This document shows positions 12,348 to 25,778 of a stretch of DNA of 64,000 nt, piece by piece (position 1 is the stretch's first letter; the number at the start of each line of letters is the position of its first letter). Both the position numbers and the translations under genes were made by a program. The notes under the pieces are model-generated. The model made no database searches. It was not told where the DNA came from and saw nothing but the letters and a program-made list of their open reading frames with translations. The DNA is from Haliotis rufescens (taxonomy: Eukaryota). The stretch is taken from NCBI RefSeq assembly GCF_023055435.1, contig NW_025963835.1, forward strand, positions 3,720,001 through 3,784,000, read 5' to 3'.

Positions 12348-13865
12348 TGTAAATATTGCCTCCCTTGGGGTCACGTGATATCTCTCACGTGATGCCGCAA
12401 CTGTCAATCCCGACATGCAGTGCGCGAGGGGAGCATCACGTCTCGCTCGTGTCCTCACTTGATGCACCCAATTAAGAAAACCGATGACGCCTAAAATTGA
12501 ATAAAACAGGGTATTGAATCTGAAGGGGGGACCAAAGCGGCCTGTTGTGTGACCTTGACATTCCTTTGCGTCTCACGCAACAACAAATAATGTTTGGTCA
12601 AATCAACAATTGTATTTCCTGACTTTCAAAAATTTGATTTTCTAATTTGTTGCTTGAAATACTAGCTCTTATAACAATGTCACGTGGTGTCATGTGATGT
12701 CACGTGTGAGGAAAACATGGTCTCGCGACATAGGGGACAGTAGAGGTCAGTAGCGTTCCAAGAAGGGAGCAGTTAACGGTATTTATAATTGAACTGTGTG
12801 CACGATTTGTGAATGGCCGATGCTTTTGTTAGGACAGGACATGCTCACCTTTTCGCGAACACCTGGCGTCAACACTGCTTTTCAGTGATCCATTCATATA
12901 TTTTTCACCGCCATTTTGCTTTTTAGTCAGATAATCGAGACTACTTTCTGCGATCTATATCATTCTATAGGTACCTGTCTAAGTTCCGCGCATCTGTGAA
13001 TCGGAGACAATGTAAATAAAAGAGACTTAATCCTTTCCATAATCCAGAGACCGTTTACTGACTTATCGTCTCTGCATAACGAGGAGAAATCTTTGCCTGA
13101 GGCAGTCCATTGTACGATTACGACTTTATCACAAGCATGTGTTTATGAATCAGTATCAAACAGTGATGCTACCCGGTATTAGCGAAAAGGTATGCGTATC
13201 CTGCAACACCGGTGGCACGTGTCACAAACACACGCAAAGTCAATTGTTCGCGCGAAAATACTCGAGAACATGTGGTACAAGTTAAAATAGGTCATTTGCA
13301 TGAGACATCGTTTTGTCATTGATGCGCCAAACTTGGAAATGTTCTCAACATGTCCTTCTAAAAAACCTTTTGACGCAAACTGTGAGGTTAGGATAATCTT
13401 TACACTACTGGGTGGATATACATTATATTGAGTTAGACAAACTTAACTACCAGGAAATAGAAAGAATGCACTTGAAATTTGGATTTGACAAAACATTAAA
13501 CAAAGTTATCAAAATATAACTCGGCTGAAAACAGTCGCCGAAACACTGCACACTTAAAGTCCAAAACACAACTGTGATGATACCCGCATCAAATACATCA
13601 CCATCGAATAAACACTTCTTGTTTGTTTCATTTTTTGCTGCCGTCAAACATAACTTTCTTTTGCCAGGCAGTTAATGTTGGTTTTAAAATTCATCAAACC
13701 TGCCACAACTGCCGATTAACCCTATCCTCGCACTCTTTCAAAAATAAATCATGATTAAAAAGAAACTTGAAAAAAAATAAGTTTGATCATTTCGTTAAAT
13801 GGTTGACGCGGTAAACGAGATGGGGACAGTTTTAAAAGTTAAAGCGTCTTGTTCTTTAAAGAAGT

Positions 13866-14029
13866 GGGACGGTGGGGTAGCCTTGTGGTTAAAGTGTTCG
13901 CTCGTCACGCCGAAGACCCGAGTTCGATTCCCGACATGGGTACAATGTGTGAAGCCCATTTCTTGTGTCCCCTACCGTGATATTGCTGGAATATTGCTAA
14001 AAGCGACGTTAAACCGTACTCACCCACTT
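13866..14029 (+). mobile_element. SINE family A, full length (tRNA-Asp-like head)
   Basis: A box TAGCCTTGTGG, GTC loop CTCGTCACG, B box GTTCGATTCCC, shared tail. Confidence 0.9.
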
Positions 14030-14561
14030 ACCCAAAGTGGACAAAGACAATCTGAAATAGCCAAATATATTGCATTTTTAAAGATTTACCAAAAAGTTCA
14101 CTCAAACACCAACCCCACTTAAGAAAATCAAGACAAAGAGACGAGTTCAAGCTATGCGCTTCTAAAATGTCACAGTATTTCATAGATAAGACCAGGGTCA
14201 TTGTTTATTTTGCCAATGAGTATGTACCATGTTACACTGTGATGCTCTCGGTGTAGTATAAAAGTGTAAACTACATATACACACGACCTTTCTATGATGA
14301 CGGAAGTAACCCAGCTGGTATTCAAGGCTTTAGATTTCATCTAAGCAATATCTGACAGATTTATGACATAACTGCTTTATCGTGGCTTTGAAGGTCAAGG
14401 GAGATAACTCTTCCCTGCTGTGCCTGGCCGCTGTCATGGCCGACTTGCAACGGAAACAAACTAAAAGTTTAGAGACATAAACACGCAAATAACGTGGAAG
14501 CTCCGATCTACGTCTAATTATTTTCCTTCTCCTAAAGCGGGGATATTTACTCGTCAAGGTT

Positions 14562-14702
14562 GGCAGTGTTTATCGTAAAAATTGTCAAGCAAATTATATC
14601 GCTGTTGAATGCATCATTAGCAACGCGGGAGCGTTTTAACTTGAAACGGCCTGGCATGCTTTGAACGGAGGTTTGCTTGACAATTTAATTAGAAACACTG
14701 CC
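14562..14702. mobile_element. Small foldback/MITE
   Basis: Imperfect TIR GGCAGTGTTT...AAATTGTCAAGCAAA / TTTGCTTGACAATTT...AAACACTGCC; no TSD seen. Confidence 0.55.
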
Positions 14703-17024
14703 TTGGAACAGAGGCTGCATGGTGATCCGTGTTGACTCATAATATAGAAAGAGGATAATAGTGACAGAGACTTAGGTAATCTCACGGAATATACATATTG
14801 AAAGAATTACCTACATTCTTACTTACTTTTTCAGGCACATGAAAAAACACCTTTTTACATTTTCCCTCTTTTTTTGTGGTATTGTATTGCCAAAAAACCC
14901 GATTTCAATTATGCATTTTTAGGTTGTAGATTCTTTTGGGTAAGAGTTGTAGGTTAGGAGGAATTGATGGGTGGGTGTTATGAGGGGGTTCAAACAGCGA
15001 AACCTCGTTAATCTACACGTTACTATATATTCCAAGCTAAATTGTTCGGATAAGCAAATGTCCGAATAAATGAATTACACAGTGGTGAAGACGTGTCTTA
15101 CACCGAATTTTCAGTGACCCATTCGTATCATTTTCACCGTTTTTATGCTTCTTTACGCCTAGTGGAATCTGTTTCGACGCAAAATCGAGACTGGTTATTA
15201 TGTATTACTTACAGTAATAGATTTGAATGTGAATTTTCCGGATTAACTGTATCATGTGTAAATCGGGGTCTAACTAGGTATGCGTTCTGTCACAACCCGG
15301 CGGCTAGGGCCAGGACTTGACCATCGTCTCCATCATCGCCTCCAAGCGACTGGACATAGGCTAGCCACTAACAGTACCACGCTACTAAACAGCTTCATAT
15401 AATATTACACGCATTGACCTTTAATAAAGCTTATAATTGATAAATAACAGAATGTTCATTTATAACCGTAAAGGCGACAAAAAACTTTTCATACCTACAA
15501 GAAATCTCTGCTAAAACAGTGTATGGTTCAAATAAAATCAAACTTCCTCTATTTAAATACAGAATCCACTCCTTTCTCATCAAGGATCATAAAACACACA
15601 TTTACTGGAATCCATTTTGTAAGTCAACGACTAAGTTAAGTGAAATATGATATTTACATAAGTATCGCTTTGAAATCGGATTCTTTTCTCAAATTCTTGA
15701 TATATGTAGTTCAACGTGGTTTGTAGCACTTTGACGTACTCAGTTCTATTTAAGGGAGAAGGCGGACAGTATCAAGTCTTTAACGGCCCGTGCGGTGTCA
15801 GCTTTCAAGCGTATTTGGTTTCAAACGAAAATGTCAGCGAGACAGGAGAAAACTTTAAAAAAATGGAACAATACCGAAACGAATAAATGACGACAGGTTA
15901 AGTCATACGGAATAATGGCTTTGTTTTGTTTACAATGTAATAAAGTCCAACAAAAGTATTGTTTATACCACTTAACCTAGCTTTAATAACTTTAATGAGG
16001 CGGGTTTTCAAATGTTTTGATTTCTAAATTCAAAACACAGTGAATCAGCGTAGATTAATATGACTTGGCATTTCTTTTACGTCAAATTCCGGATTGTATA
16101 AACTTAAACCAAAAACAATCTACAGCTGATTAAAGAATGTCAATGGTAAGGTACATAAACAGAGATGGGAAGTCAATTAAATCTCGCGGCTTCTCGAATA
16201 CCGCGAGACCAAGGTAACATCTTCTGTACCAGACAAAAGTAAATATATCGCGCGAGTCAAGGCGGCTATTTCAGACGATTAGTGAAAAATAATGTATTTT
16301 GCCAGCTGTTGTTACAAGTTCGAACAGTCTCCCAGGTGTAAAATACCCCTTTAACCCCTTTCTCCCCCTAGCCCGTGATCCCTATTAATGTTCGCTTGTT
16401 TCACAATCGCGGTTTCTTCAAAGAGACGCCATATGTTTCGAATTTAAAAATTCCACGTTAAGAGCTTTAAATCCGAGAAAACACCCCAAAGGTTAAGTGC
16501 GCATGTCAGAACATTCGCAGCTTTTATAAAATTTTGGCATTTGTATAAATACAATTACTTGTTTTGGAGGCGTGATTCAACATATCTTATCAACAAACAA
16601 CGATAAGGCATTCACTCGTGCATTGCATGGATGTGAACATGGGTACGCTGCCATTTTGGTTTTTGTTTATCTGTGTGAATATTATATTTCACTTATCTAT
16701 TGATTTTTATTAATTTGGACATCATTAGGTAAAACAGATGTGAGAAGGGGCTAGAGGGTTCAAACTGCATTTGAGTAATCTAAAATACCCTCTATACCCT
16801 CGTTGGCTTATCGTTGTGATAAAATGGTGTACACACGATGCAAACATGACGGGAAAGAAATTCCGTAGAATCCAACCAATGTGCGCGCTTTTGTCATGCA
16901 CGCGAATACCATATCAGAAAATGATAAAATATCCTCGTTTCATTTGCAATTGGGTATTAAAAATTATCTTTTTATCAGAAACTTCCAAAATATTTAACAC
17001 AACTTCCTAAGCATACATTTTATC

Positions 17025-17357
17025 TAGGTGAAGAATTTGTCTTCAGTAACCCATGCATGTTGTAAGGGGAGACTAACGGGATCGGATTGTGAGGCTCGCT
17101 GACTTGGTTGATACATGCCATAGTATCCCAATTGCGTAGATCGATGCTCATGTGACTAACGGGATCGGATGGTCAGGCTCGCTGACTTGGTTGATGCATG
17201 CCATAGTATCCCAATTGCGTAGATCGATGCTCATGCGACTAACGGGATCGGATGGTCAGGCTCGCTGACTTGGTTGATGCATGCCATAGTATCCCAATTG
17301 CGTAGATCGGGTCCAGTTAAAATAGTGTTGAGTGCGGCGTTAAACAACAACCAAACA
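17025..17357 (+). mobile_element. Family B copy with internal triplicated 83-bp segment
   Basis: GACTAACGGGATCGG units start at 17071, 17154 and 17237. Confidence 0.85.
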
Positions 17358-18169
17358 TACTGTGCAGAGGAAACAAAAACGTTATAATTTTTGCTGATTA
17401 CTTTGATCAAACTATGTACAAGAACATTATTTCAACGAATAAAGCGTTTGTTGTTTTGTATTTGAATACAATTACTTCAACTTCAATGTGCTTATTGTAC
17501 CTTCTCGTTAATCTAACGCTTTCATTTACTTCCAAACTTGTATAACAATAGATACACTTTCCAAACAATTAACGTTCAGTTTTGATTGTCCGTGCTGTTG
17601 CTTTGGTGCTGCGGGCTTTATAATACACCAGAGCAAGCTTTGCCATAATGTCTTTCCCAACGCCTGCTTGTAAACTCCGCACATCGACAAGGCGGGTAGC
17701 ATCTTCGCGTCAATCGATACTAAAAGCTTCCCCGACAATTGCTACTGTAAACATGAGCATTGAACAGATAGAAGATCAGCTGTAGGTAAATATTATCACA
17801 GTGACAATATGTCGACAGGGGAATGTGATGGAACAGGGCTGCCTCCACGTGAGATGAGCTCCACCTTGTGGTAAAGCTGAGCAGCAGAGGAAGGGAGCTT
17901 GTTTGGTGATGGAGTGAAGTGTATTGTCGACATTATTAGTCATGAAATCATTCTTTGTTATAATTATCAAGAATACAAATTTCCCAAGCTATAGTGGTTT
18001 ACGATATAAGATTCGTCTGGTTTCAGTAAAATCAATTATTAAGGAATATTAATTGTAACTATGATCAAATGAAATAACACAGGTTATATCATAATCTCCC
18101 AAAATGCTATATAGTATGTGATTAAGGGTTTAAATCGCTATCGGTAGTGACTTATTCATAGAAGAGGGA

Positions 18170-18330
18170 TGAGTGAGTGAATGTTGTTCAACGACGCAGT
18201 CAGCAATGTCCCAGCTTTGTTAGGGGGGGGGGGGGGGGGGGGGGGGGGGCTGTAAATGATCGATTCTGGGCCTGACAAACCGGTGACTGAGTGGACAACG
18301 ACCGATGACGTCGGGGTATGACAAGGACAA
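18170..18330 (-). mobile_element. Degenerate family B 3' part containing a poly-G run (18223-18249)
   Basis: Tail remnants flank 27 G. Confidence 0.6.
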
Positions 18331-18551
18331 GGAAAGACAAGGAATCTGGCAGGTCACACACCCTAGATTTCACGGCGCCTCGGATCAAGGTTCAGATGTG
18401 CTCCCCTTATTCTGTGCCAGGATCCGCTACACATTCTGTTGTTCCCAGATTCCCCCTGTTATGATCCTTGGTATGAGAGCACTGTCTGGGTGTCAAATAG
18501 TTGTAAACATCTACGTCATGTGGCACTTTAGCTTTTCTGTCCCGTCGCTGC

Positions 18552-19060
18552 CATCTTTATGAGTCAAGGGAGTTAACTGGCTATAAAAGTCCAGTTTCCA
18601 TCCTTGCCGAACTAGGCTTGAATTACAGAGTTATAAATTGTCTTGAATAACGAATCTATGCATAGTCCAACCAAAATGGCGAAACGAAATCTGGTTCGTA
18701 AACAACATGGCGACTGCCGTGTAGGTTGACGTCCATTGCAGGATTTGCAAAGCATGTGTACCATCAACTGGGGGTCGACAGATATTTAAAAGAATGATCA
18801 TGTTTTTAACCAAGGTATTCAAGTCATTTGATGCACTTCGCAGGGTAAGACCCGTTTTATCACAAGAAAGATCTTGATCATCAATCAGATCATCTTCATT
18901 GTCAGACGCCATTTTGTTTGAAGCAAATGCAAGTGCAACTGAAAGATGGAATCTGATTGGTCAATAGGAGAGACATAGAAGGGACATAACTCGTGATAGT
19001 CACTACGATCGAGCCGTTAAATTCCAGCCAAGTTCGACAAGGATGGAAACTGGACTTTTA
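18552..19060 (-). mobile_element. MITE family E, diverged, right TIR truncated
   Basis: Colinear with 3726-4243. Confidence 0.85.
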
Positions 19061-19110
19061 TTAAATGCATTATAAAATTGTTTGCATAACTGTTTCAGCG
19101 GCATTAACCT

Positions 19111-19289
19111 TAACTGAAATTTAGACTCAGAAAAAGGTTATCTGATTTAAAAATATATATCTACAAAATAAAAATAATAAAATCGAAATGGATAACAATC
19201 CTTAATGCAATCTGGACCTTCCCAATCATTCTAGACTTGAGTTGGACTCTTTTTAAAAATATATTATCTTGGGTCTGGGTGACAGACTA
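19111..19289. mobile_element. Family F (AcademH-like) degenerate copy
   Basis: Ends GGGTCTGGGTGACAGACTA; internal TCTAGACTTGAGTTGGA shared with the 38.2-kb copy. Confidence 0.55.
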
Positions 19290-20015
19290 CGTTAAACCCA
19301 ACTCCCTCATTTCTAGCTTCAAAGCATACTGGCATAAAAAAATACAGGCTTCCTTTTTTCTCCACGCGCCCTCCATCACGGATGTGGATGCAACAACCTG
19401 GAGCAGCTACTTGATGGAAGGGGGTACACCCGCGTTGTCATGTTGCCTGTCTCAAGCTGTGTAATTGTCGACTGAAGAAAATCTTTGTTCGTGTGATCTT
19501 TTTCTCAACAACGACGAGCATCACGCATTCAATACGCCATTATATATACAAAAATATACTTTTTCTCCCCTGTACATCACCTCAATAAAACATAGCGTTT
19601 GTTCTGTCTGGGTTTCTTTTGCTCATGGCAAACCAGGGTCACTTTCAGTAGGACCCGGAGTACAGGTACGAGCTGAGTGAGTAGGCGAGTGTAGTTTTGG
19701 GCAGGGTGCTCAAAGAAAGGGCCCATGTTTTCACCAACACTTGTTACTACATACTAGGGTACTGACCCGCCTCTCTCTCTGACCCGCCTATATACACACA
19801 GTATACCCCAATACCCACCTTGCCTTTGATTTTATTAAACCGTCAAAAGAGAAGGTTTACTTGGTGCATACACTTGTCACTGAGTTCAAGCGAATATTGT
19901 AAAGCAAAAACATTCTTTTCATATCTAAAAAGTTGTTTGAGCTTGTCATCGAATCCTTTGAGCTGTCTCAGAGGTTTTTTTGACCGGAAAGACACACATA
20001 GATAAAAATCATTGG

Positions 20016-20500
20016 CTAAAATTCATAGATGTCTTCACTGGTGTTTTCAATTATTTCTTCATTGTTGTCGTCACTGATTACTTCACTATTATTTTCAATA
20101 ATTACTTCACTGTTATCATCACTGATTACTTCACAATTTTCTTCGCTAAATATTCACGGTTATTTTCAATGGTTACTTCACTGATTTCTTCATTAGTTTC
20201 ACGGACTATATCACCGTTATCTTCACTGATTACTTCACCGTTATCTTCACCGATAATTTCACCGTTATCTTCACCGATATTTTCACCGTTATCTTCACTG
20301 ATTTCTTCACCGTTATCTTCACTGATTACTTTACCGTTGTTTTTAATGATTACTTCACCGTTGATTTTAATGATTACTTCACCGTTGTTTTTAATGATTA
20401 CTTCACCGTTGTTTTTAATGATTACTTCACCGTTACCTTAACCGATAAGTTCATCGTTATCTTCACTGACTACTTCACTGTTATTTTCACTGGTGGCCAT
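20016..20500 (-). repeat. Degenerate 24-bp (2x12) minisatellite; disrupted acidic octapeptide ORF on minus strand
   Basis: Minus-strand unit AGTGAAGATAACGGTGAAGTAATC; ATG at 20500, TAG at 20016-20018, internal TAA at 20438-20440, frameshift near 20150. Confidence 0.8.
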
Positions 20501-21374
20501 TGGTGTCTTGCTTCACGTATACGTGTCCCAAATCTGCTCGAGACAAGGAAAGAACCGATGTTCGTCTTTATGAGCTTTGAGCTGCAGCCCCTGTCGGACA
20601 TTGACCTGATAGTTAGCGTAGCAGGCTTCCACCCTATCTGCTACGCTACCATGCCGCCCGAAGTAATATAGGGAATCCCTCTGTATGCAGCAACATCTGC
20701 GTCCATAACTCTATTACCAAGCTCAACATGAAATCCTGGGGCCCAAAGGCATCTACCTCATTCACGCTCCGATGGCAGCCGTATTGCGGTGGTTCTCGAC
20801 TTACAGGTGAACGGTTAACACAGGTAGAACTTAAATCAAGTCATTGCAGATACGCCATTAAAATACCGTTCTATTTTCCCCACCGATGAATAAAACGTAC
20901 TCTGCAGCCCTGTTCCGAAACCTCATTTGCTACATTTTTTATCCTACGGTTCGGTTTTTATCCTTCGGAGTATTTGACGCGCTGCGTTTCACGTTAGCTA
21001 TTTATGAGAGGTACTTGTAGTATGGAAATAGATGTTGTGTACAATTAAGTTTGCAGGTCTTTCCTTAAAACGCTTTAAGGACTTTGTAGGTTTTTGTGTC
21101 AAAAAAGCAATCTTTCAACACTCTCTTAAGCACGTCAACACTGTGAAAAATCAAGCTAGACTTTATTATGCATAATGCTTTCAGGGTGTAGAGCGGTTGC
21201 GGCTGACACGGTGTATTGACCACTGGAAGCAGCACAGTATGGGTATTGCAGTATTCTGCAGCTGACTCTTAAGTATTCTAACCATCCTCATGGGCTTCAT
21301 CAACGAGGTAGATGTCTAAAAAAAGCATCACAGTGGACTGTCCTCTCGCATGAAGCTGGCACGCCGTGATAATA

Positions 21375-21436
21375 CTAAAGAGATGTGATAGAGGGAGAGG
21401 ATAGAGAAGGAGAGGGAAGAGAAACGTAGGAAGCAA

Positions 21437-21486
<50 letters not shown>

Positions 21487-21892
21487 CAAGGGGAGAGAAA
21501 AATAGAGGGGACAGAAAGATGTTGGGATCCGACAGGGAGAGAGGCTGGGGTAAAGAGAAGAAGAGGGAAGAAATACGTTGGAAGAAAGTGAGAGAGAGAA
21601 AGAGTGAGAAGAGAAAAGAGACGATGTGGGTGAAATAAGAGGGGAGAGAAAGATTGCGGGATGAGATAGAGAGAGTGTTTGGGGTGAAGAGAGGGAATAG
21701 AAACGTTGGAAGAAAGTGAGAGAAGAGAAAAGAGACGATGTGGGTGAAATAAGAGGGGAGAGAAAGATGGTGGGATGAGATAGAGAGAGAGGAGATGAGG
21801 GTACAGAGGTTCGGGAGAAAGCGGGAGGAAGAAGTAGAGGTAGGAGGAGAGAAGGTGAGAGAGACAGAGAGGGGAGGAGGGAGAGAGGGAAG
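21375..21892. repeat. Polypurine (GA-rich) tract with (GA)n and an internal ~100-bp duplication
   Basis: GAGAAGAGAAAAGAGACGATGTGGGTGAAATAAGAGGGGAGAGAAAGAT occurs twice. Confidence 0.85.
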
Positions 21893-22308
21893 TATCATTC
21901 AATCATTCATTACCAAATCACACACATTCACCCAGGAACGGTTTGCCAAAAATATGATTTGGTTTCAGAAACTCCCAAGAGATGAGAATTATGATAAACC
22001 ATCACATTTGCACATAGACCTAATCTTCTTTAGTTACGGATTAATATACCATATCCTTCAGGGCAGCTAATGTGTATTGCATTTGTTGAAAGCAACAAAC
22101 ATGTTTATTGGTATTTAAGGATGTGCGTCCTTGTCGGGAGCCAGGTGCCTCCCGTCATTGGTCTAATATATGAAGCTGAAACTTCGTTCCCCGCCATGAT
22201 ATAGGTAAAATTTTAAATAAAAACGACAAAACTTTTTCCACAAAAAAAATAAATGTTTGCTAAAGGCAGAGTCCAATGTACCATTCCGACTATTTCATTA
22301 TCATATAC

Positions 22309-22685
22309 GACCGCCTCCGTGGTTAGTGGTAGAGCGTCCGCCCGGAGAGCGGAAGGTCCGGTGTTCGATTCCCGGCCGCGTCATATCAAAAGACGTTAAA
22401 AGATAGTACTTGTTGTTACCCGGTCTGGCGTTCGGCATTATGGGGCTAAAACAAGGCCTGGTCGGCTCGGAGTCTGTATTCTGCGTCTGAGTGGGGTATT
22501 CATGTTAAACTGCGGCATGGTATCTCAGTGAGCTAGCGCTATAAATCGGCATCAGTCCGGACTAGTACAAGCAACCACACACACACGTGCATGCACGTCG
22601 CAATATAAGTGCAATAATCTTACATCCCATTTCACCCCCACCTCACCATAATCCTATAGAAGCAGCGTCAAACCCAGCCAACTCA
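22309..22685 (+). mobile_element. SINE family C (tRNA head + Meta-like domain), full length
   Basis: A/B boxes; GTCATATCAAAAGACGTTAAAAGATAGTACTTGTTGTTACCC...GGCGTTCGGCATTA resembles the MetaSINE core. Confidence 0.9.
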
Positions 22686-23869
22686 CTTTATTAGCAGGAT
22701 TGGAAAATATGACCTGACCAAGACTCTCACATCCTTCATCGCATGGTTAATGATTCCACACACATTCCTTTTATACAACATTCCATGATTCATTTATACT
22801 TCAGCCTGCATATTGACAGACAATATCGCAACTGTTTCGTCCAAATTGAGGCCAAGTGCTCGCTTTACGACCTGACCAGCTGCAGCTGTTCTCAAAGCAG
22901 CAGAAAACGAACACTCTAGTTTAATGAATACGTAACTATTTTATTCAAACACCATTCTAATCTACAATTATAATTGCTGTTTACCCTCCCTGGTTCTGTT
23001 GAGTTGATACTGACTTACCACAATCAGAGTTTAAACCCCCTTGAAGAAAAACAGGAATGTGAATGCTCCAGGTTATAAACACAAACCGGATCAAATAAAC
23101 CGGACCGCTTTGAAGAGATTGCTGGCGGACGTGTTGCGCTACAGTGAGAAGTAAGGGTCATGACCGGTTAACTTTACTGTTTGAACCTTCGAGGGTCCTT
23201 AAAACACGGTGTAACATCCTATAACCCTGGGAGGGTGTGTTTATGTTACTCAATAAACACGCCGGGGCTCCTTAAATAGCCGCATTGCAAGTTCCACATT
23301 CAACGTTATGCAGTGTGCTATCTGGGGCCATCTGTTAAAATCTATCCGCGACATTTATGAAATAAAATTATCTCGGTTTATCGGGAAATGTCGTATGTGT
23401 CATACTTTTATGATGACGTATGTGTGATATTATGTTTGCTCATATCGGTGTTAACATATGTTTTAGGGTCAATAAATCAGTTTTGGGCGGTTATTAGAGA
23501 TTTATCAAACAGAGATGTATTTACGGCGGTTTGAATGACCGATGGTAGAGCGATTGGATGGTTGGTTGCCGAACGGGACATTGATGCAATGTGATTGCAG
23601 TCTAAAGGGGGTGGGTGTGTTGGATGATTTGTTGGGTGTTGGTGTGTTGATAAAGGAAATGCGCATGTTGGCGGATGATAACTGAAATTTAGTTTAGTTT
23701 AAGTCTTTGATAGGCACTTAAAACTTGGAAGAACATGAATAAATGACGTTTGTTATAGATAACAACTTCTTTCTATTTTGTAATGTTGTCTCGAAGGACG
23801 TCTTGATTTTTAATCAGCTGAGCGATGTATTGAGTTTATGAAAGTAAGGATACCTAGCACTTCCGAATA

Positions 23870-24133
23870 TTTGTTTGTTTGTTGTTTAACGCCGCACTCA
23901 CCAATATTCCAGCTATATGACGGCGGTCTGGAAATAATCGAGTCTGGACCAGACAATCCAGTAATTGACATCATGAGCATCGATCCAAGCAAATTGGATA
24001 CGATGACATGTATTAACCAAGTCAGCGAGACTGATCACCCGATCCCGTTAGTCGCCTTTTACAACAAGCAAACTCGCCTTTTACGGCAAGAATTGGTTGC
24101 TGAAGACCTATTCTACCCCGGATCTTCACGGGT
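23870..24133 (-). mobile_element. Family B retroposon, full length
   Basis: Consensus match; TSD-like ACTTCCG(A/G)AT. Confidence 0.9.
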
Positions 24134-25021
24134 AACTTCCGGATGTAGAATGGGGTTCAGGGTGTGAGACGATAGATTGATGGATGGCACATTTGAGACT
24201 GAAAGGAGGGATGATAAAGGTGTTAAAGAATGAGTTGAATGATGCTTGTTTTTTGGCGTACAAAACGTTTTTATTAGATTCGTCCCTTCTTCAAAAGCCT
24301 GGCTTTTGTCCTGCATCCGGGCAATACAAAGGTCACCCAACCTGTCATGTCAAGGTTACACTGTTCTCGCAGCGGCCGCCATGACGAACCCAACTGTATT
24401 TAACATCACCGTTCAACTACACACCCACACCCCAGATCCAAATATTCAAAGATAACGGGTTCCTATGGAATCTTCACCATCCGGTCACGTGATATCATAC
24501 TCTAGACGGTAGTCCCATCAAGGACATCAAACGCACCTTGCGGAAAGTCACATAATTTGCTCCACGTGTTGGAAACATTTCACAAGATTGCATGATCCGA
24601 GAATTACCTATCAGCGTGTATGTGTCTATGAAACGAAGCACGGTTATTAGAAGCACGTGCAGTGTGTTTATACCCTATTGACTTTGCTTCCTCCGCGCTG
24701 CACGTGATGTGGGCAGCTCGTCTCAGTGGAAATTGGCTGTTAAGATCTCTCACTGTGGCGTTATGTTCAAGGCAAATAAATACATCCATACGTTTGTTGT
24801 GCTGTCTGTAACAAAAATAAAACAAGTTTTGGGTTACAGAATCTATTAAGCTTGTCATGTCTTTGAAACTAGGCTCTTTGTGGGATGGGAGGATTAACGT
24901 ACTTTGTAATGCTAATTTGTTTGGCAGACATGTAGGAAATTGTGAGACACAGACTTGATAAGTCTGTTGTGATTAATCTCAAACGTTGATCGTGTGGCAT
25001 CAGTGACTAGTTCTTCTTTCA

Positions 25022-25101
25022 CAATGATGATGATGATTATGATTGTGATGATAACGACGACAACGACGACGACGACGATGATGATGATGATGATGATGAT
25101 G
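25022..25101. repeat. (GAT)n/(GAC)n microsatellite
   Basis: Direct. Confidence 0.9.
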
Positions 25102-25778
25102 GAAAGTATATTTTTCTTCAGTTTCCTTTCTATCACATATTAGAAGACAACTTAATTTCAAAACATGTAATTACAATATATATAAAATCTTTTTCTGAAA
25201 AATAATTTCAGAGATGTCATGCTGGAGAGAGCTGGGCAAACAGATTCGGATAATGAACAGTGATGTGCACTTTGTCGTAAACATGTTTAGAATATTGTAA
25301 TGTTGTGTTTAGGTGGTGTTTAGGCTGTGAGACGAATGCTTGTTTAATGTGTTTAGACCCTAAACGTGTTCAGATAGAACACACTAAATGTGTATTGCGT
25401 TTAGGATTGAAACACATTCCTAAACATGTTTAGATCAAACATTATTGTGTGCCTTCTCACACATTATTTACAGTGTATTAGAACATGGTAAATATAAGAT
25501 ACTACATGCATCTAAGACTTGACCAGATACACAATAAGACGGACTACCTGCTATCATGTCGACCTCAATCAACGACAGACTTGTGTTCTGCACGACTATT
25601 ATCAATGATAATTGGACTTTATGCTTTTCACAAAGATACAACCACAGTCATTTATTGTTCTCTAATCAATATGTAATCTCATGAAACAATATACTGCAAA
25701 CTTGTAATGTAAAACCTTTATGTTTGTAATTCTCCTATGGGGGAATGATCAATATACATGTAAAAGAGACTTCGACGT

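Noticed and set aside
18223-18249. Poly-G run as a functional G-quadruplex
   Set aside because: Homopolymer expansion inside a decayed retroposon; length unreliable in assemblies
21278-21902. Ser/Leu/Phe-rich ORFs
   Set aside because: Artefact of the polypyrimidine strand
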